From IMG/VR virus record IMGVR_UViG_3300020207_000023, positions 1 to 62,038 of that record: 62,038 nucleotides of DNA, one strand, 5' to 3'. This document shows, piece after piece, positions 47,901 through 58,352 of the stretch (its first letter is position 1; each line of letters begins with the position of its first letter). Source of the DNA: a virus (Duplodnaviria; Caudoviricetes). A program made the position numbers and the translations under genes. The notes beneath the pieces are model-generated. The model did not search any database. It was not told where the DNA came from and saw nothing but the letters and a program-made list of their open reading frames with translations.

Positions 47901-48106
47901 TTAACTACATCAATAGTTTCTTGGTCTACTTGACGAGTTGGAACATCTTCCAAACTGTAAGGTGTAATCCTAGCACCGCTTGGAGTAAAAAACACATCAG
48001 GTACTGCATCTACAACAAGCGCATCATCATCTAGTGTGAGAATACTTGGTTCGAGTTTATTGGGGCTACCATCTACGGTATCGACTACCAAATCATCTTC
48101 GGCCAT
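44963..48106 (-). CDS. Large internal virion/ejection protein
   Basis: 1047 aa helical protein at end of structural operon. Confidence 0.6.
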   Translation of the reverse strand: MAEDDLVVDTVDGSPNKLEPSILTLDDDALVVDAVPDVFFTPSGARITPYSLEDVPTRQVDQETIDVVNRAAIESQFAEDVAGAMDMGTGRPDDFTPLTVEPDIGKGQLLTDQPFKSDVELESLERNRVENLIIDQYGGKGYQGADTVGPIKVGVREGLARRNKFEDRRGYFKKHYPEGRYLRIDVGGGKTVELYSVVPNGALYRADPTFNPEAPGAGKEFLADLLEVEANVVTPTNVAALTAAIIFPPSVLGSAAVGGSAAAANILEQWAVNETGRSFYDVMTDPSVLKDAAIIGSLEATINAVAPGVGARVRAIFGESGRTALLAGKTTPQSIVGQEAAERLGLPLLTVSQLTDSPIIKRIQGQVAGLSKTPQQVFNNQQAKLWQLLDQKAKSPDGFEGFTAAELRQYLDLSARRLSTELDDLYKLRAEGANVDTKTLQKTQEDIRMLTGQLDKSLREVTDQAYTRAFETAEAENVVFDLAPVKEVAQDIRVGTQTRAGTTEAKTEVVETGVLGPDGKPITRTVTTPAKEVTETIESVDQRLLNIADKFENVWNQEVTTLSVRDKGKDYSFNALKQLQAMRNEVADIAFGGGQTNQNAVKLLKSIDEVLQNPKGGGAGWKEAWEEATQLSKLASDVKNASKLHTFFARNTQVNPAELGKKFWSGEFNSSDWNVMTNWLISSSKTPAGRDAAQQLLRDVQNGFVQDLASKPDLIAQRIRTIKENDPELFLKLVPNAADRAIIEDIAQRSAWLNSDAVVSALARDMSNGARTKTLLSNMTDAEAAKFIQANGGFMGNAALNMRASVFDDILKKATVFSTDLGAETINPTILAREIQSLMKFEGQYARLEPLFKNAAHPEYMKELADIRTYVMYSNQLDDLGSSLQSASVVAQLQGLEIAALKQVLQANLMAKFLASPISVKQMKDVHSSKSFKIGKDSVYGIILDDIRRGFVDQSESLEEETLRTRMAPSMGDVSAVATEPTTDVASAPPAPAQPPMPVPSLNIGNTPLASAPPAPAQSTTDYASLFPRDELGGAIANRKQGIMGLT

Positions 48107-50545
48107 TTACTGTCCCCCAACGAAAGTCATGCCTGAATAAGTATCCCACAGTTTTCTCAAACTATCTTCATTCGGCACATTTGTAATCACTCTGCCGTCA
48201 CGATCTCTTAGCACACCGAGTGAAACTAACTGCCCTGCGCTTGCTTTAAACTTATCAAAGCTGTCAAACTGCGAAGTGAATTTCGCCATTTTTGATTGAC
48301 GATCGGTAAGGTTGAAAGTATCTGTGCCACCTTCCGCATTAACCCTTTGAGCTCTAATATCGCCAGCCAGACTTGCGGAAGGCAGATTTGCAATTTCATC
48401 TGCATCCATGATTTTGTTTTCTGGTTTAGCTCTCCACTCCGCGCGAGCCTTGCTAAGAGCAAGGTATTTAGCCTCTGCATCGGCAATGCCAGCACCTTCT
48501 TTTTGCATCCAATTTGTAACGAAGGCTTGCTCGTTCCTAGCGCGGTTAGCGGCATTGGTGTAGATTTTAGAAAGCAGTTTAAGACCGTCAGGTGTGGTGT
48601 AAAGGCTCGGACCAGCACCTTGAACCATCTGCAATTCTTCTTGGTTGAGGTTTCCAGGAATAAACTGTGTCAGCCTCAATGCAAACTGGTTAGACGCAAA
48701 CTGAGCCGCTTCACCCGATACAGGGTCGCCACCCATAATCGTATTGTAAACATCGTTTGAAACACCTTCTTTAACAAAGGTATCAAGACCAGGAACAGCT
48801 TTGATAAACTTCTGCAAGCTCAAACGTGTTCCTGCGAGTGCGCCTGTTTCAAAGTTTTCAGAAGCCACTGCCGCTTGGTTTGCAAAGTTTTCAAGCTCTG
48901 TAGACAACCCAACATTTTTGTTAAGCTCAGTAATATCGTCGCCCAACATTTTTGCAAATACATCGTTAATAGATTTGCGTGGGTCGTAATTAGTTGTCAA
49001 GGTGTTTTTAGCCTTGAGGTAATTGTTTATGGCGTTTGCTCTAAACTCCATCTTAGCGGCTTCTGCCTGAGCAGGAGACTTACCAGCATCAATAGCGGCG
49101 GTGTAAGCAAGGTCAGCACCTTCTTCCATCATACGCTCGTATTCAGTTGTCACTGGCATAAGTTGTTTTGACAATATTTCAATTTTTTGAGCCGCCGCTT
49201 CAAATGCCGCACTATCTGTATCTGGATCCAGCGTATCAATATCATTTTGGGCAGATTCAAGCTCTTTAATATTGCGTATGAGATCAGTTGGCATTGGACC
49301 CATTTCCACGCCATCTGCTGTAATTTGCGTAGCTTCTTTGCCATCATACCTAAAGAACTGGCCTTGCGGGGTTTGGAATACTTTGTATGGGCGAACAACG
49401 CCATCAGGAGCTTTAAGCTCTATTTCGCCATTATCTTTATTGATGCTAAGGATATCGCCTGTATCCGTAACCTTTACATCAAAATTACCTTTAGCTTCTC
49501 CTACAAGATAGTAACCTTTGTTTTCTTTATTGATGTCTTCAGCGGCGGCGCGAGGGTTATACATCATCACCTGACCATTATCAAGCTTCTGTGTTTCCCA
49601 TTTAATAGAACCTTGTTTTATTGGAGTAGATTTACCTGTCCGCACATTTACTCCAATGACAGAACCATCATCCATTTTTTGGATACTAAGGTCTGGTATC
49701 TTTGCCGCTTCTACAGCAAAAGTTTTCAATAGCTCAGACTGAGCTTCAGTTCTAGCTGTTTTGCTTGCCGCCGCCGCATCAGCCGCTTTTAACTTAATGG
49801 CCTGTTCGGTCTGGCTTTTGGCTTTTGCCATTTCAAGGATAGGGTCACTAACCGCTTTAATTGTTTCTGGCTTTAGCACAGAACTAATCAGCTCACCTTT
49901 TGGTGCATTAGCTACTGCCGCCGCTAATTGCAGACCAGCAATGTATGGGTTGATTTCGTAGGCTTTGCCTGTATCGCCCATAATGCCTTGATATTGTTTC
50001 AAATAATCTTCGTAAGAAGTTGATTGCGGAACCAAATTCATCATAGTTTGATAGTTCCCCAGATTAAAACTTGCTGGAAGTGCGTCCGCATTAAAACCTT
50101 TTGGCAATACTGTTTCGCCTTCTGGGGGAGAACCAGCCTGACGCATTACAGGTTGTTCACCCATAGCCATACGAGCTATAGCTTCTTCTTGTCCAGGAGC
50201 TTGCATCATACCCATATTGATGCCGCCCTCTGGCGATTCCTGTTCAGCCATTTCCATAATAGTAAGGGTAGGCTGGATAAGCGTTAGCACAGACTCTGGA
50301 GTTTGGTTAGCATCCTTTTTACCAACCAACCCTGCTAGTTCGGCACGGCGTTCTTCAACAGTTGCTTCATCGCCGCGCAACGCATTCATTACGCCAGCAT
50401 AATCTTCTGCTGAATCAATATCCGCTTCCAAACTTTCTATGCTTTCAGCTACATCTGCAAGTCCAGAAGTAATACCAGACCCATCAGCTTGAGCTACAGG
50501 TTGCTGAGCCGCAAACATTTGCCGTTTTAGAACTTCATCCATCAT
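48107..50545 (-). CDS. Internal virion/ejection protein
   Basis: 812 aa, position in operon. Confidence 0.55.
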   Translation of the reverse strand: MMDEVLKRQMFAAQQPVAQADGSGITSGLADVAESIESLEADIDSAEDYAGVMNALRGDEATVEERRAELAGLVGKKDANQTPESVLTLIQPTLTIMEMAEQESPEGGINMGMMQAPGQEEAIARMAMGEQPVMRQAGSPPEGETVLPKGFNADALPASFNLGNYQTMMNLVPQSTSYEDYLKQYQGIMGDTGKAYEINPYIAGLQLAAAVANAPKGELISSVLKPETIKAVSDPILEMAKAKSQTEQAIKLKAADAAAASKTARTEAQSELLKTFAVEAAKIPDLSIQKMDDGSVIGVNVRTGKSTPIKQGSIKWETQKLDNGQVMMYNPRAAAEDINKENKGYYLVGEAKGNFDVKVTDTGDILSINKDNGEIELKAPDGVVRPYKVFQTPQGQFFRYDGKEATQITADGVEMGPMPTDLIRNIKELESAQNDIDTLDPDTDSAAFEAAAQKIEILSKQLMPVTTEYERMMEEGADLAYTAAIDAGKSPAQAEAAKMEFRANAINNYLKAKNTLTTNYDPRKSINDVFAKMLGDDITELNKNVGLSTELENFANQAAVASENFETGALAGTRLSLQKFIKAVPGLDTFVKEGVSNDVYNTIMGGDPVSGEAAQFASNQFALRLTQFIPGNLNQEELQMVQGAGPSLYTTPDGLKLLSKIYTNAANRARNEQAFVTNWMQKEGAGIADAEAKYLALSKARAEWRAKPENKIMDADEIANLPSASLAGDIRAQRVNAEGGTDTFNLTDRQSKMAKFTSQFDSFDKFKASAGQLVSLGVLRDRDGRVITNVPNEDSLRKLWDTYSGMTFVGGQ

Positions 50546-51411
50546 TAGCCAAACGCTTTCTGTGCCGCACCATACAGACTCAAGCCACCAATACCCGCAC
50601 CGAGCAACTGGTTAAGTAATCCAGGCTGAGGTGCGGCTTGGATGCTTGTTGTCATCTGCGATGACGGAGCACCTTTGTAAATATCTGATAGGAAGCCGAG
50701 TCGTTGGTATGGCTCGTAAATCTGTTGCATTTGTGTCTGGCGAGCCGCTTCGTCCTGTGCTTGTAGGATGTTGCGTTCCTGTTCGCCAAGCTGTGCCAAC
50801 TGTGCAATACCAGACTGACCTAAACGGCTTTGTAACTCGCCTAGACCTGCTTGTTGCATACCTAGCTGGCCTAACCCCTGACCAGCCGCTAATGACCGTT
50901 GCATCTCATTCTGAGCGGCTTGCTGGGCTTGCAAAAAGTTTTGCGCTTGAGCTTTAGCCATTGCATCAGCCATATTGCGGCCTACTTCAGCTTGTTGAAT
51001 AGCCGCACGGCCTCCACCAAATGCACCCGCACCGACAGCTTGCCCTGCTACCTGTTGAAACTGTGGGGCGTATGCCCTTTGGATTTCAGCTTGAACCGCC
51101 TGTTGGTAGGGGTTCATATACTGTTGCATCTGGGCGGCAGAAGGCGCACCTGTGCCAGCCAAATACTGACCACCCGCAATATTCATTGTAGCCTGACCAG
51201 ACTGCAAATATGGCAGATAGCTAGACAAACCTGATTGTGCCGCAGACAATGCCTGTTGCTGGGCAGAAGTCATACCTTGTGAGGTAATTCCTGGAAGACC
51301 ACCAGTCGGCGGTGCGCTAGTCAGCTGTTTTGCTTGCTCCATAAGCCCGAGCTTATAGGCTTCAATATCTGGACTTTCGCGTTGAATTACTTCTTGGGTT
51401 TCAGTAGCCAT
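50545..51411 (-). CDS. DNA transfer/pilot-like protein
   Basis: Gln/Ala/Gly-rich; YMNPYQQAV, GAFGGGR. Confidence 0.6.
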   Translation of the reverse strand: MATETQEVIQRESPDIEAYKLGLMEQAKQLTSAPPTGGLPGITSQGMTSAQQQALSAAQSGLSSYLPYLQSGQATMNIAGGQYLAGTGAPSAAQMQQYMNPYQQAVQAEIQRAYAPQFQQVAGQAVGAGAFGGGRAAIQQAEVGRNMADAMAKAQAQNFLQAQQAAQNEMQRSLAAGQGLGQLGMQQAGLGELQSRLGQSGIAQLAQLGEQERNILQAQDEAARQTQMQQIYEPYQRLGFLSDIYKGAPSSQMTTSIQAAPQPGLLNQLLGAGIGGLSLYGAAQKAFG

Positions 51412-52781
51412 TATGCTTTCCCTTCAAACTGACGCATCATGGCGTACATTCGTTTTGCGCCTTGTTGACGGTCTCCACCACCAGCACCACGGACAGCATT
51501 AGCAGTCATTACAAACTCACCATCGCTGAGCATTGCTGGTATTGAATCACTTGTGCCTGTTCCCGGACCACTGATCTCACCACCTCCAGCGGCGTAATAT
51601 GGGTTATTGCCATAAAACAGGTTCGGGTCAAAAGCATATTTGTATGTGCCTGATGCAATATCTTCGGCTAGGATTTTTGCACCAGTGCGATCATCATAAC
51701 CGTCACCATCCTCATCGACAGGCTTATCCATAAGCGCGGCGGCTCCAATACCAACACCCGCCAACGGACCATATTTAGCAAACATCCCAGGAGCTTCTGT
51801 ACTGACAGCACTTGCGGCATTTTGGGCTATTTTCATTAACTCTGCTTCAGTCGGGACAGGTTGGTTAAAGGTCGCCGCTAGTTCTTTAGCTTTGTTGACA
51901 GCATTTGCGGCGGCTTGATTAGCTTGGGTCGTTGCATCGATAGATGTTCTGCTTGGGCTTAAATATTTTTCTAAGAAAGACTCACCCGAAGTTTCTACTG
52001 AAGCTACACCTGTGTTCGGATCAATTACAAATTTTGAAGTATTTTCCGCAGGATTGTAAATGTACTCTTCAAAAAGGCTAGGGTTAGTAGCTGAATTTTG
52101 TAACGCCTGTTGTGTCGCTTGTTGACCTTGAGCGGTCAATTGCGCCATCTGTTGCTGACCAGCTTGGCTAAATGGATTTACAGGGGTAAGTGCGTCCTGC
52201 ACACCAAAGGTTCCGATACCGCCCTGTGGAGCGGCAACACTGCCTGTGAAGCTACCACCTGTTAGCATCCGTGTGCCGCCTGACAATACACCAGATATCA
52301 GAGCTTGCTTAAATGCGTCTTTTGTAGATGCCCCACCAATTTTTGCGCCTACAAAACTACCGAGGCCAGATGCCAAAAACGCTGGCATAGCTGGGAATAA
52401 GAAAGGTGCGGCAATAGGTAATACAATCGGCGCAACTTTTTTGACGAGCTTTTTAACGCTTTTGAACAGCTTTTTTAAGAAAAACTCAGGCTGACCAGTT
52501 ACAGGGTTGATACTGTTAAACTCACTACCAACAACATAACGCTCTGGCTCCAAGCCCATATCTTCCATTTGCTTGAAGAGCATTTTCTTCATGCGGGGGT
52601 TAGCTTCCAGCACTTCCAAAGGAATTACTGTTTCACCCTCAGCGGCATGAACAATATATGTATCACCTTCACGCCCAAAATCAGCCAACATCTCTGCGGC
52701 GCGGCGCATAGTTTCAACCCCGCCTGTTGGAACAAGCGGCGCATTTTGAACTTCATATGGTAGTGTAGCTATACCTTGCAT
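51411..52781 (-). CDS. Internal virion protein
   Basis: INPVTGQPEFF and GPGTGTSDSIPAMLSDGEFV motifs. Confidence 0.65.
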   Translation of the reverse strand: MQGIATLPYEVQNAPLVPTGGVETMRRAAEMLADFGREGDTYIVHAAEGETVIPLEVLEANPRMKKMLFKQMEDMGLEPERYVVGSEFNSINPVTGQPEFFLKKLFKSVKKLVKKVAPIVLPIAAPFLFPAMPAFLASGLGSFVGAKIGGASTKDAFKQALISGVLSGGTRMLTGGSFTGSVAAPQGGIGTFGVQDALTPVNPFSQAGQQQMAQLTAQGQQATQQALQNSATNPSLFEEYIYNPAENTSKFVIDPNTGVASVETSGESFLEKYLSPSRTSIDATTQANQAAANAVNKAKELAATFNQPVPTEAELMKIAQNAASAVSTEAPGMFAKYGPLAGVGIGAAALMDKPVDEDGDGYDDRTGAKILAEDIASGTYKYAFDPNLFYGNNPYYAAGGGEISGPGTGTSDSIPAMLSDGEFVMTANAVRGAGGGDRQQGAKRMYAMMRQFEGKA

Positions 52782-52839
52782 CGTAGATCCTTACTTACAA
52801 TGTGATGCAGGGTAGCAAATTCCTGTATATGCTGGAATC

Positions 52840-52868
52840 ATCATAACTCCAAATATGCCTTTCTGCAA
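52840..52868 (-). promoter_or_regulatory. Sigma70-like promoter TTGCAG-N17-TATGAT
   Basis: Hexamers and spacing in intergenic gap. Confidence 0.55.
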
Positions 52869-52869
52869 C

Positions 52870-53100
52870 CTATGGCGCGATTTTTACCGTGCCAGAATCA
52901 TTCCAAAGAGCACCTGTTTCCAAACCAGTGGCTGAAGTAGGTAACTCTGTCAACACTATAGTAGCCCCACGCAACCCTCCTGGATTGCGTTCTTGCTGAA
53001 TAAATAGCTCTAATGTACGAATTAAATCCTGCATATATTGTGGGCTATACTCAGCTGGAGCTTCTGGGAGTCTTGGTGGTGCTATTTGGTTACTAGACAT
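52870..53100 (-). CDS. Small tail-associated protein
   Basis: LPTSATGLETGALWNDSG. Confidence 0.6.
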   Translation of the reverse strand: MSSNQIAPPRLPEAPAEYSPQYMQDLIRTLELFIQQERNPGGLRGATIVLTELPTSATGLETGALWNDSGTVKIAP

Positions 53101-55202
53101 TACCGCCTCCCATCTGGGCGCACATCAACTCGTGGGCTACCTAATTTCCACTTAGTGCCTAGTGCGTTAGATTCTACCCGCAATGCAAAAGATCTACCTC
53201 TTGCTCGCAGATATAGTTGATTTGTATATTCTTCCACAGGGTTAATAGATGTTCTAATAGCCGCCTGTGATGCAGTATTATCAAAACTTTGTCCCGGAAA
53301 GTCCCGAGCTTTTACTGTAAAGGTCGCCTGTGGGCTAGACAAAGCAGTAGACCCATCAAATGTCATATCAGGTATAAGCCTACGCACATATGTAAAACTC
53401 TCACCATCTTGCATATCAATAGCCGCAGACTCAATAAATGAGTTCATAGCAGATCCATCAGCATCATAACCAAACTCATGGTTATACAAATAACCGCCTT
53501 CAGCCGCTATTGGAAAAGAGCGTGTGCCACGGTCTAACCATGCTGTTCTACGCAAAGTGCCAAAATACCAGAGCTTTTCTATGTAATTGTAAACCACATA
53601 GCGGTCGTTTTCACCATCGCCACCATTTTGTAGCGAGTTTGAATCTGAAGGGTAGAACCAAAATACTTCGCCATATTCTGAGTTAATACCAGCAAACACT
53701 TTATCAGCCTGACCAGTATTAAAATCTAAGAACACCTTATCTTTTACGGTGCATGGCAACTGCTGAGTTTGACCAGCATAAATATAGAAATTATCGATGC
53801 CCATCCAGAACACAAAGTCTTCTGTAGCAACCGCCGCATGAGGTCCGGCAATAGTGATGTTTGACGCAAGCTGTTGCAACCCAAAAGTAAACGGAGGTCC
53901 GATATAGCGCAAAGAGCTAAGTGAAGTATCTGTCCACACCAGCACCTCACGCTTTGTTTCAACGGCTTGCACAAAAGTAGAACCAGCACCTAACCGTAAA
54001 TCACCCGCCGTTGTATCTACTCGGGCTTCCCACTCTACTTCAGACTCTTGGTCTGAGAAACGAATGAGCAGAGGATCCTGCACCGTGCCGCCCTGTGGGT
54101 TACATCCAAATGCAATAACATGGCGGTCTTGGTCAGATACCAAAACTTGTTTAGCTACTATCGGTGTTTCATTAGCCCCTGCCAATGTACCAATTTCCAC
54201 TGCTCTTGAGCTTGTTCCAGTATTCTTAACCCAATAATAGATTGCACCATCACGAGGGTTGATCAACAGGTTTTCGCCAAAGTTATCATGTGACCACAAC
54301 CGTATTTCAGTAGTTGTGGTAGAAGGTGAAGGCATCCCCCAACCATGTGTAGCATCATCTATAGTGTCACCGTTTGCATGAGTAGTAGCAGTAGTGCTGA
54401 TAGTGCCACGAATACAGCCAGTAAAATCGTTACCGCTGATACCAGTGTATTGGATAATTTCAGCATTAATCTTTATATACCCACTACTAGGAAAGCCTGT
54501 GGTGCTAGTCGCTGTAATTGTTGTGGCTGTAGCACTCAGGCCAGCACCCATATTAACAGTCGTTGTGGCGGCTGTGGTAGTTGTGCCACCGAATACCCCT
54601 GCACCCCAGCCTGTGCCGCCTACAGCCGTATTCAGGCCAACATTTATTTGGTATGCCCCAACCACCGCCGCGCCACCATTGCCTGTGTCAGAGGCGTTAG
54701 CGGTTGCGCTTACAGTTATTTGATACTGGCTACCACTGATAATGCTTGTGACTTGATGTTGAGCATTAAGAATTGCCGCCGTAATATTACCGCCTAGTGT
54801 GACTGCCCCACTAAAAGTGACGAAATCATCTTGACCTGCTCCGTGGTTTACATCAGTAACAGTAATAATGTTTGAACCGTTCGTAGCGGCAAAAGTCACC
54901 GCACCAGCCGCCGTTGTAGAGCTGAGCGGCGTAATATCGTTAAATGTTTCACCTTCCTCAATATAATATTTGAGGTGTGTGCCTACACCTAAATAATTAG
55001 AACCATCTAAGCCAATCCAGTTATGCAACGCCCTTGCCGCGCCGAGGTAGGTATTAGAACTATACTTTTCCCACCCACCAATTTTTTCAGGGTAGCCAAA
55101 CCTAAAACGGATTTTGTCACAATCACGCCAGCCGCCCTCATTAGAGTAAGATGTAATCTCTCTATTGATTCCAGGCTTGAATTGTAACTTCGTTAGTGGC
55201 AT
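53100..55202 (-). CDS. Tail nozzle/packaged-DNA stabilisation-like protein
   Basis: 700 aa beta-rich; RFRFGYPEKIGGW, IRFSDQE, ends RPDGRR. Confidence 0.65.
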   Translation of the reverse strand: MPLTKLQFKPGINREITSYSNEGGWRDCDKIRFRFGYPEKIGGWEKYSSNTYLGAARALHNWIGLDGSNYLGVGTHLKYYIEEGETFNDITPLSSTTAAGAVTFAATNGSNIITVTDVNHGAGQDDFVTFSGAVTLGGNITAAILNAQHQVTSIISGSQYQITVSATANASDTGNGGAAVVGAYQINVGLNTAVGGTGWGAGVFGGTTTTAATTTVNMGAGLSATATTITATSTTGFPSSGYIKINAEIIQYTGISGNDFTGCIRGTISTTATTHANGDTIDDATHGWGMPSPSTTTTEIRLWSHDNFGENLLINPRDGAIYYWVKNTGTSSRAVEIGTLAGANETPIVAKQVLVSDQDRHVIAFGCNPQGGTVQDPLLIRFSDQESEVEWEARVDTTAGDLRLGAGSTFVQAVETKREVLVWTDTSLSSLRYIGPPFTFGLQQLASNITIAGPHAAVATEDFVFWMGIDNFYIYAGQTQQLPCTVKDKVFLDFNTGQADKVFAGINSEYGEVFWFYPSDSNSLQNGGDGENDRYVVYNYIEKLWYFGTLRRTAWLDRGTRSFPIAAEGGYLYNHEFGYDADGSAMNSFIESAAIDMQDGESFTYVRRLIPDMTFDGSTALSSPQATFTVKARDFPGQSFDNTASQAAIRTSINPVEEYTNQLYLRARGRSFALRVESNALGTKWKLGSPRVDVRPDGRR

Positions 55203-56254
55203 TAGGCTAATGTTCCTGTAAATCCAGAAGTATCAAAAGAACCAGTAGACCGCGCACCTGTGTAGTCCTGAATTACAGAACCACGCTGGCTGTTGCTTGT
55301 AGTCAAAGTTGTTTGCGTATGCCCATATTGGATATAACGGTTGTTTTGCACTTCCATAGAGGTGCTTTTGTTATTTGAAGCAAACCAAATATAACGAACA
55401 CCGCTAATAGTTTTTGCCCCTGCCGCGATATTACGAGTATCACGACCGCCACTATTATAGTTTATAGAAAATTGTTGATTTGATGTAATGGTGTCATCAA
55501 AAGAACCATCAGCTTTCGTTGGCAATACAGTATTCATACTGTAATTTCCTGCACCATAGTTTCCATAATCTAGTTCGTTATATGTCCAATATGCTGTAAA
55601 ATTATTGCCCGACCGCACCAGTTTCCAATTAAAACCCCCACCGTAATCGCTGTGATAAATATCAGGACCAGACGCGCCACCAAAACCGCCAATCAAATTG
55701 ATACGCACAGTGCCGCCACTGCTTTGCAAAGCAGATACAAAATCGGTGCGGCTTGACCCACTAAATGTGCCATTTCCAATAACAACAACAGTAGAAGATG
55801 AAGAGTTACGCGCTCCATAGCCACCAGAGCCTGTAACAGTTCCTAGGATGTTTAAGCGTAGTGTGCCATTAGCCCCAGAAGGGAAAGTAATCCCATCAAG
55901 GTTAACAGCAGAGTTACTAATAGTGACCCCATAATTTATGATAATATCTTTGTTATAATCACCTGTGTAATCATTACCAAAAATGGTTTGAGCATTTTGG
56001 TTCTGTGCAGAAGCATTAAACACATAGGTAAAATATTTAGAAGTGCTTCTAAAATCCTGAACGGATATAGCCCCCGAAGAAGGTATCCCAGCAGAGTAAT
56101 CCTGAGCTAGGTTGTTAGCCGCTTTTTGTCTTATAGGGGTATTCCCACCCGCCGGACCTTTATAAAGGTCGCCAAGCGAGATACTGCCTGTGCCGCCTAC
56201 AAACTCTGTTCTTAGATCAGCAAAAGAAACTGCCCCAAATGAAGGTATAGCCAT
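55202..56254 (-). CDS. Tail fibre distal/adhesin-like protein
   Basis: IPSSGAISVQDFR N-terminal module, Gly-rich C-domain. Confidence 0.55.
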   Translation of the reverse strand: MAIPSFGAVSFADLRTEFVGGTGSISLGDLYKGPAGGNTPIRQKAANNLAQDYSAGIPSSGAISVQDFRSTSKYFTYVFNASAQNQNAQTIFGNDYTGDYNKDIIINYGVTISNSAVNLDGITFPSGANGTLRLNILGTVTGSGGYGARNSSSSTVVVIGNGTFSGSSRTDFVSALQSSGGTVRINLIGGFGGASGPDIYHSDYGGGFNWKLVRSGNNFTAYWTYNELDYGNYGAGNYSMNTVLPTKADGSFDDTITSNQQFSINYNSGGRDTRNIAAGAKTISGVRYIWFASNNKSTSMEVQNNRYIQYGHTQTTLTTSNSQRGSVIQDYTGARSTGSFDTSGFTGTLA

Positions 56255-56973
56255 TAAACGGATCCATATGCTGTCACATTACCTACAACAGTCAGATTGC
56301 CTGAGCTGTCTAGTTTCATTTTATTTGCGCCACCATAAGCGAACATAATATTGTTCGACCCATCCTGCGTAATTGTCCAACCACCTGTTTTAAGGGTGAC
56401 TGTAATTGTCCCACTTCCAGGAGGAGAAACACCCCCTGTAGCGGTAATTGTTCCGGTACAGGTAATAGCACCTGTGATATTTACATCACCTGTGCCAATA
56501 ATATCAAAGTTATTAAGGTCAAGGTTGCCGCCAAGTTGGGGGCTAGTATCATCTACAACATCATTTGGCAACTCATAAACTTGAGCACCCGCCCCAGCAC
56601 CATCAGCATAAATCCACTGCGATACCCCCGCAGGAATACTGGCATTACCGCCAGAACCTTGCGTAAATACGACTGTTTGACTTGTGGTATTGTTTACCAG
56701 ATAACATTTAGCGGCGTTATTAGGATCAATAGTAATGGTATTTGTGCCAGTTGGCGAACCAGCAATAACCAATACTTTGTAGCCACCATCAGACAAAGCA
56801 CCGTCAGATGTTGTCAATGTATGCGTTGTGCCACCAATCGTAATCGTGCCAACACCATTAACAGCGCGGTCAATAATATCAAAATTCAGGTTTGTAGTTG
56901 CTCCCCACGCACCCGATTGTTCACCAGTTCCAGGTTTTTCTAAACCAGTGTTATTGGTATATGTGCTTGCCAT
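56254..56973 (-). CDS. Tail fibre proximal protein
   Basis: GEQSGAWG, DTSPQLGGNLD, GNVTAYGS motifs. Confidence 0.65.
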   Translation of the reverse strand: MASTYTNNTGLEKPGTGEQSGAWGATTNLNFDIIDRAVNGVGTITIGGTTHTLTTSDGALSDGGYKVLVIAGSPTGTNTITIDPNNAAKCYLVNNTTSQTVVFTQGSGGNASIPAGVSQWIYADGAGAGAQVYELPNDVVDDTSPQLGGNLDLNNFDIIGTGDVNITGAITCTGTITATGGVSPPGSGTITVTLKTGGWTITQDGSNNIMFAYGGANKMKLDSSGNLTVVGNVTAYGSV

Positions 56974-57000
56974 CTAAAACCACCATATTTATCTAAACCA

Positions 57001-57029
57001 ACTATAAGCTCAATAGGCTTTTTCGTAAA
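57001..57029 (-). promoter_or_regulatory. Sigma70-like promoter TTTACG-N17-TATAGT
   Basis: Hexamers and spacing in intergenic gap. Confidence 0.6.
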
Positions 57030-57030
57030 G

Positions 57031-57807
57031 TCAAACTGTTTTCTTTGTCCATACTCCAGGATTCGTAGCCGCAATTTTAACCCAATTTGAACTTGTAGGA
57101 ACAATTTGTATCCAACTTTCTGGCGGCACAGAAGCATCAATAGGCTCCCAGAACAACCTATTTGTGATGATTATATCAAATTGGGCATTAGAGTGTGCTT
57201 CAGCATTATAGATAAGAATACCACCAAAGGGGTATGTACGGAACAGTGCTTCTAATTCAGCTGTGCCTTGCTGTATGACACCCCCTGTATTGATCATTTC
57301 AAAATTGCCGATAATATCAGCAAAACCGCTATATGTCATATTAGCATTAGCAGATTGCTCAAAATTCATATCTATAATGCTAACACCACCAGCGATATAA
57401 TCGCCATCTGCGCTTTGCGTAAACTCAGCGGTTTGCTCATAAACACCACTGGCGATATAGATCCCTGGAGTGCTTTGTGCAAAATTGAAGTTATTTTCAA
57501 TAAGGGCTGGCCTAACACGATTACCTTCGGTTGATTGTATCAACTCTGCGGTTATGCCATTTACACCAGAAGCAACTAATAAACCGTCTGATGTTTGTGT
57601 GAAATTGAGCGAACCTTCCAACGCACCAACAAGAATACCAACTGCGATATTAGCTTTACTTGCTGTGCCTATCATTTCTGATAAGCCGTAAGCTACGAGG
57701 TTGCCGTTTTGTGAACCAGTGAAATTAAAGTCTAACGATTCAGACCCGAACTGCAAAATGCCGTGCGAGGATAAAGAAGTTTCTGATATCGCAAACTCAC
57801 CTAGCAT
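57031..57807 (-). CDS. Tail-associated protein with degenerate repeats
   Basis: Repeated NFxQS units, Trp-spaced C-terminus. Confidence 0.55.
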   Translation of the reverse strand: MLGEFAISETSLSSHGILQFGSESLDFNFTGSQNGNLVAYGLSEMIGTASKANIAVGILVGALEGSLNFTQTSDGLLVASGVNGITAELIQSTEGNRVRPALIENNFNFAQSTPGIYIASGVYEQTAEFTQSADGDYIAGGVSIIDMNFEQSANANMTYSGFADIIGNFEMINTGGVIQQGTAELEALFRTYPFGGILIYNAEAHSNAQFDIIITNRLFWEPIDASVPPESWIQIVPTSSNWVKIAATNPGVWTKKTV

Positions 57808-58343
57808 TAGCCTGCAATTTCCATGAGTGTAATGGTAGACGTTGAACCTTTGTCGTCATTGATAGCCCACCTATTGACATAACCCGCCCCACCCGACTCC
57901 TTGACCTGAACCTTATAGGTTGTGGCGGATGTCGTTGACGGGCTGTCGAGGTGTGAAATCGAAATGGTGTCTGTTACTCTGTCACCGCCAGGACTGATGT
58001 TGACACCCCCAGAGGTGAAAAATGCTTCATAGGTCGCCGCAGAACCACTACCTGTGTTTTTGCAAATCACGGTGGTTCCTCTAAGTAAGCGAAACCAGTG
58101 TATGTAACCGCTGGTGTCTGCAGATGCTACTATGCCAACCATGACCAAAATTTTGCTATTGGTTGATAAGGGTGTGATTGTAGCAGAAAGTCCGGTAACA
58201 TCTGCAAACGATGTTCCGGGGTTTTCAAAGGTATCTGTCATCGTGCTGGATTTTACTTGGAGTATGCTTCCAGACGGCATCTTAGAAGTGGGTAGCGCAG
58301 TGTTAGTACCCAACAAGGTTGCAAGATTACGGGCGTTACTCAT
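57807..58343 (-). CDS. Short tail fibre-tip paralog
   Basis: GSILQV, ITPLSTNSKILV, DSPSTTSATTY, LMEIAG. Confidence 0.65.
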   Translation of the reverse strand: MSNARNLATLLGTNTALPTSKMPSGSILQVKSSTMTDTFENPGTSFADVTGLSATITPLSTNSKILVMVGIVASADTSGYIHWFRLLRGTTVICKNTGSGSAATYEAFFTSGGVNISPGGDRVTDTISISHLDSPSTTSATTYKVQVKESGGAGYVNRWAINDDKGSTSTITLMEIAG

Positions 58344-58352
58344 AGCTTACTC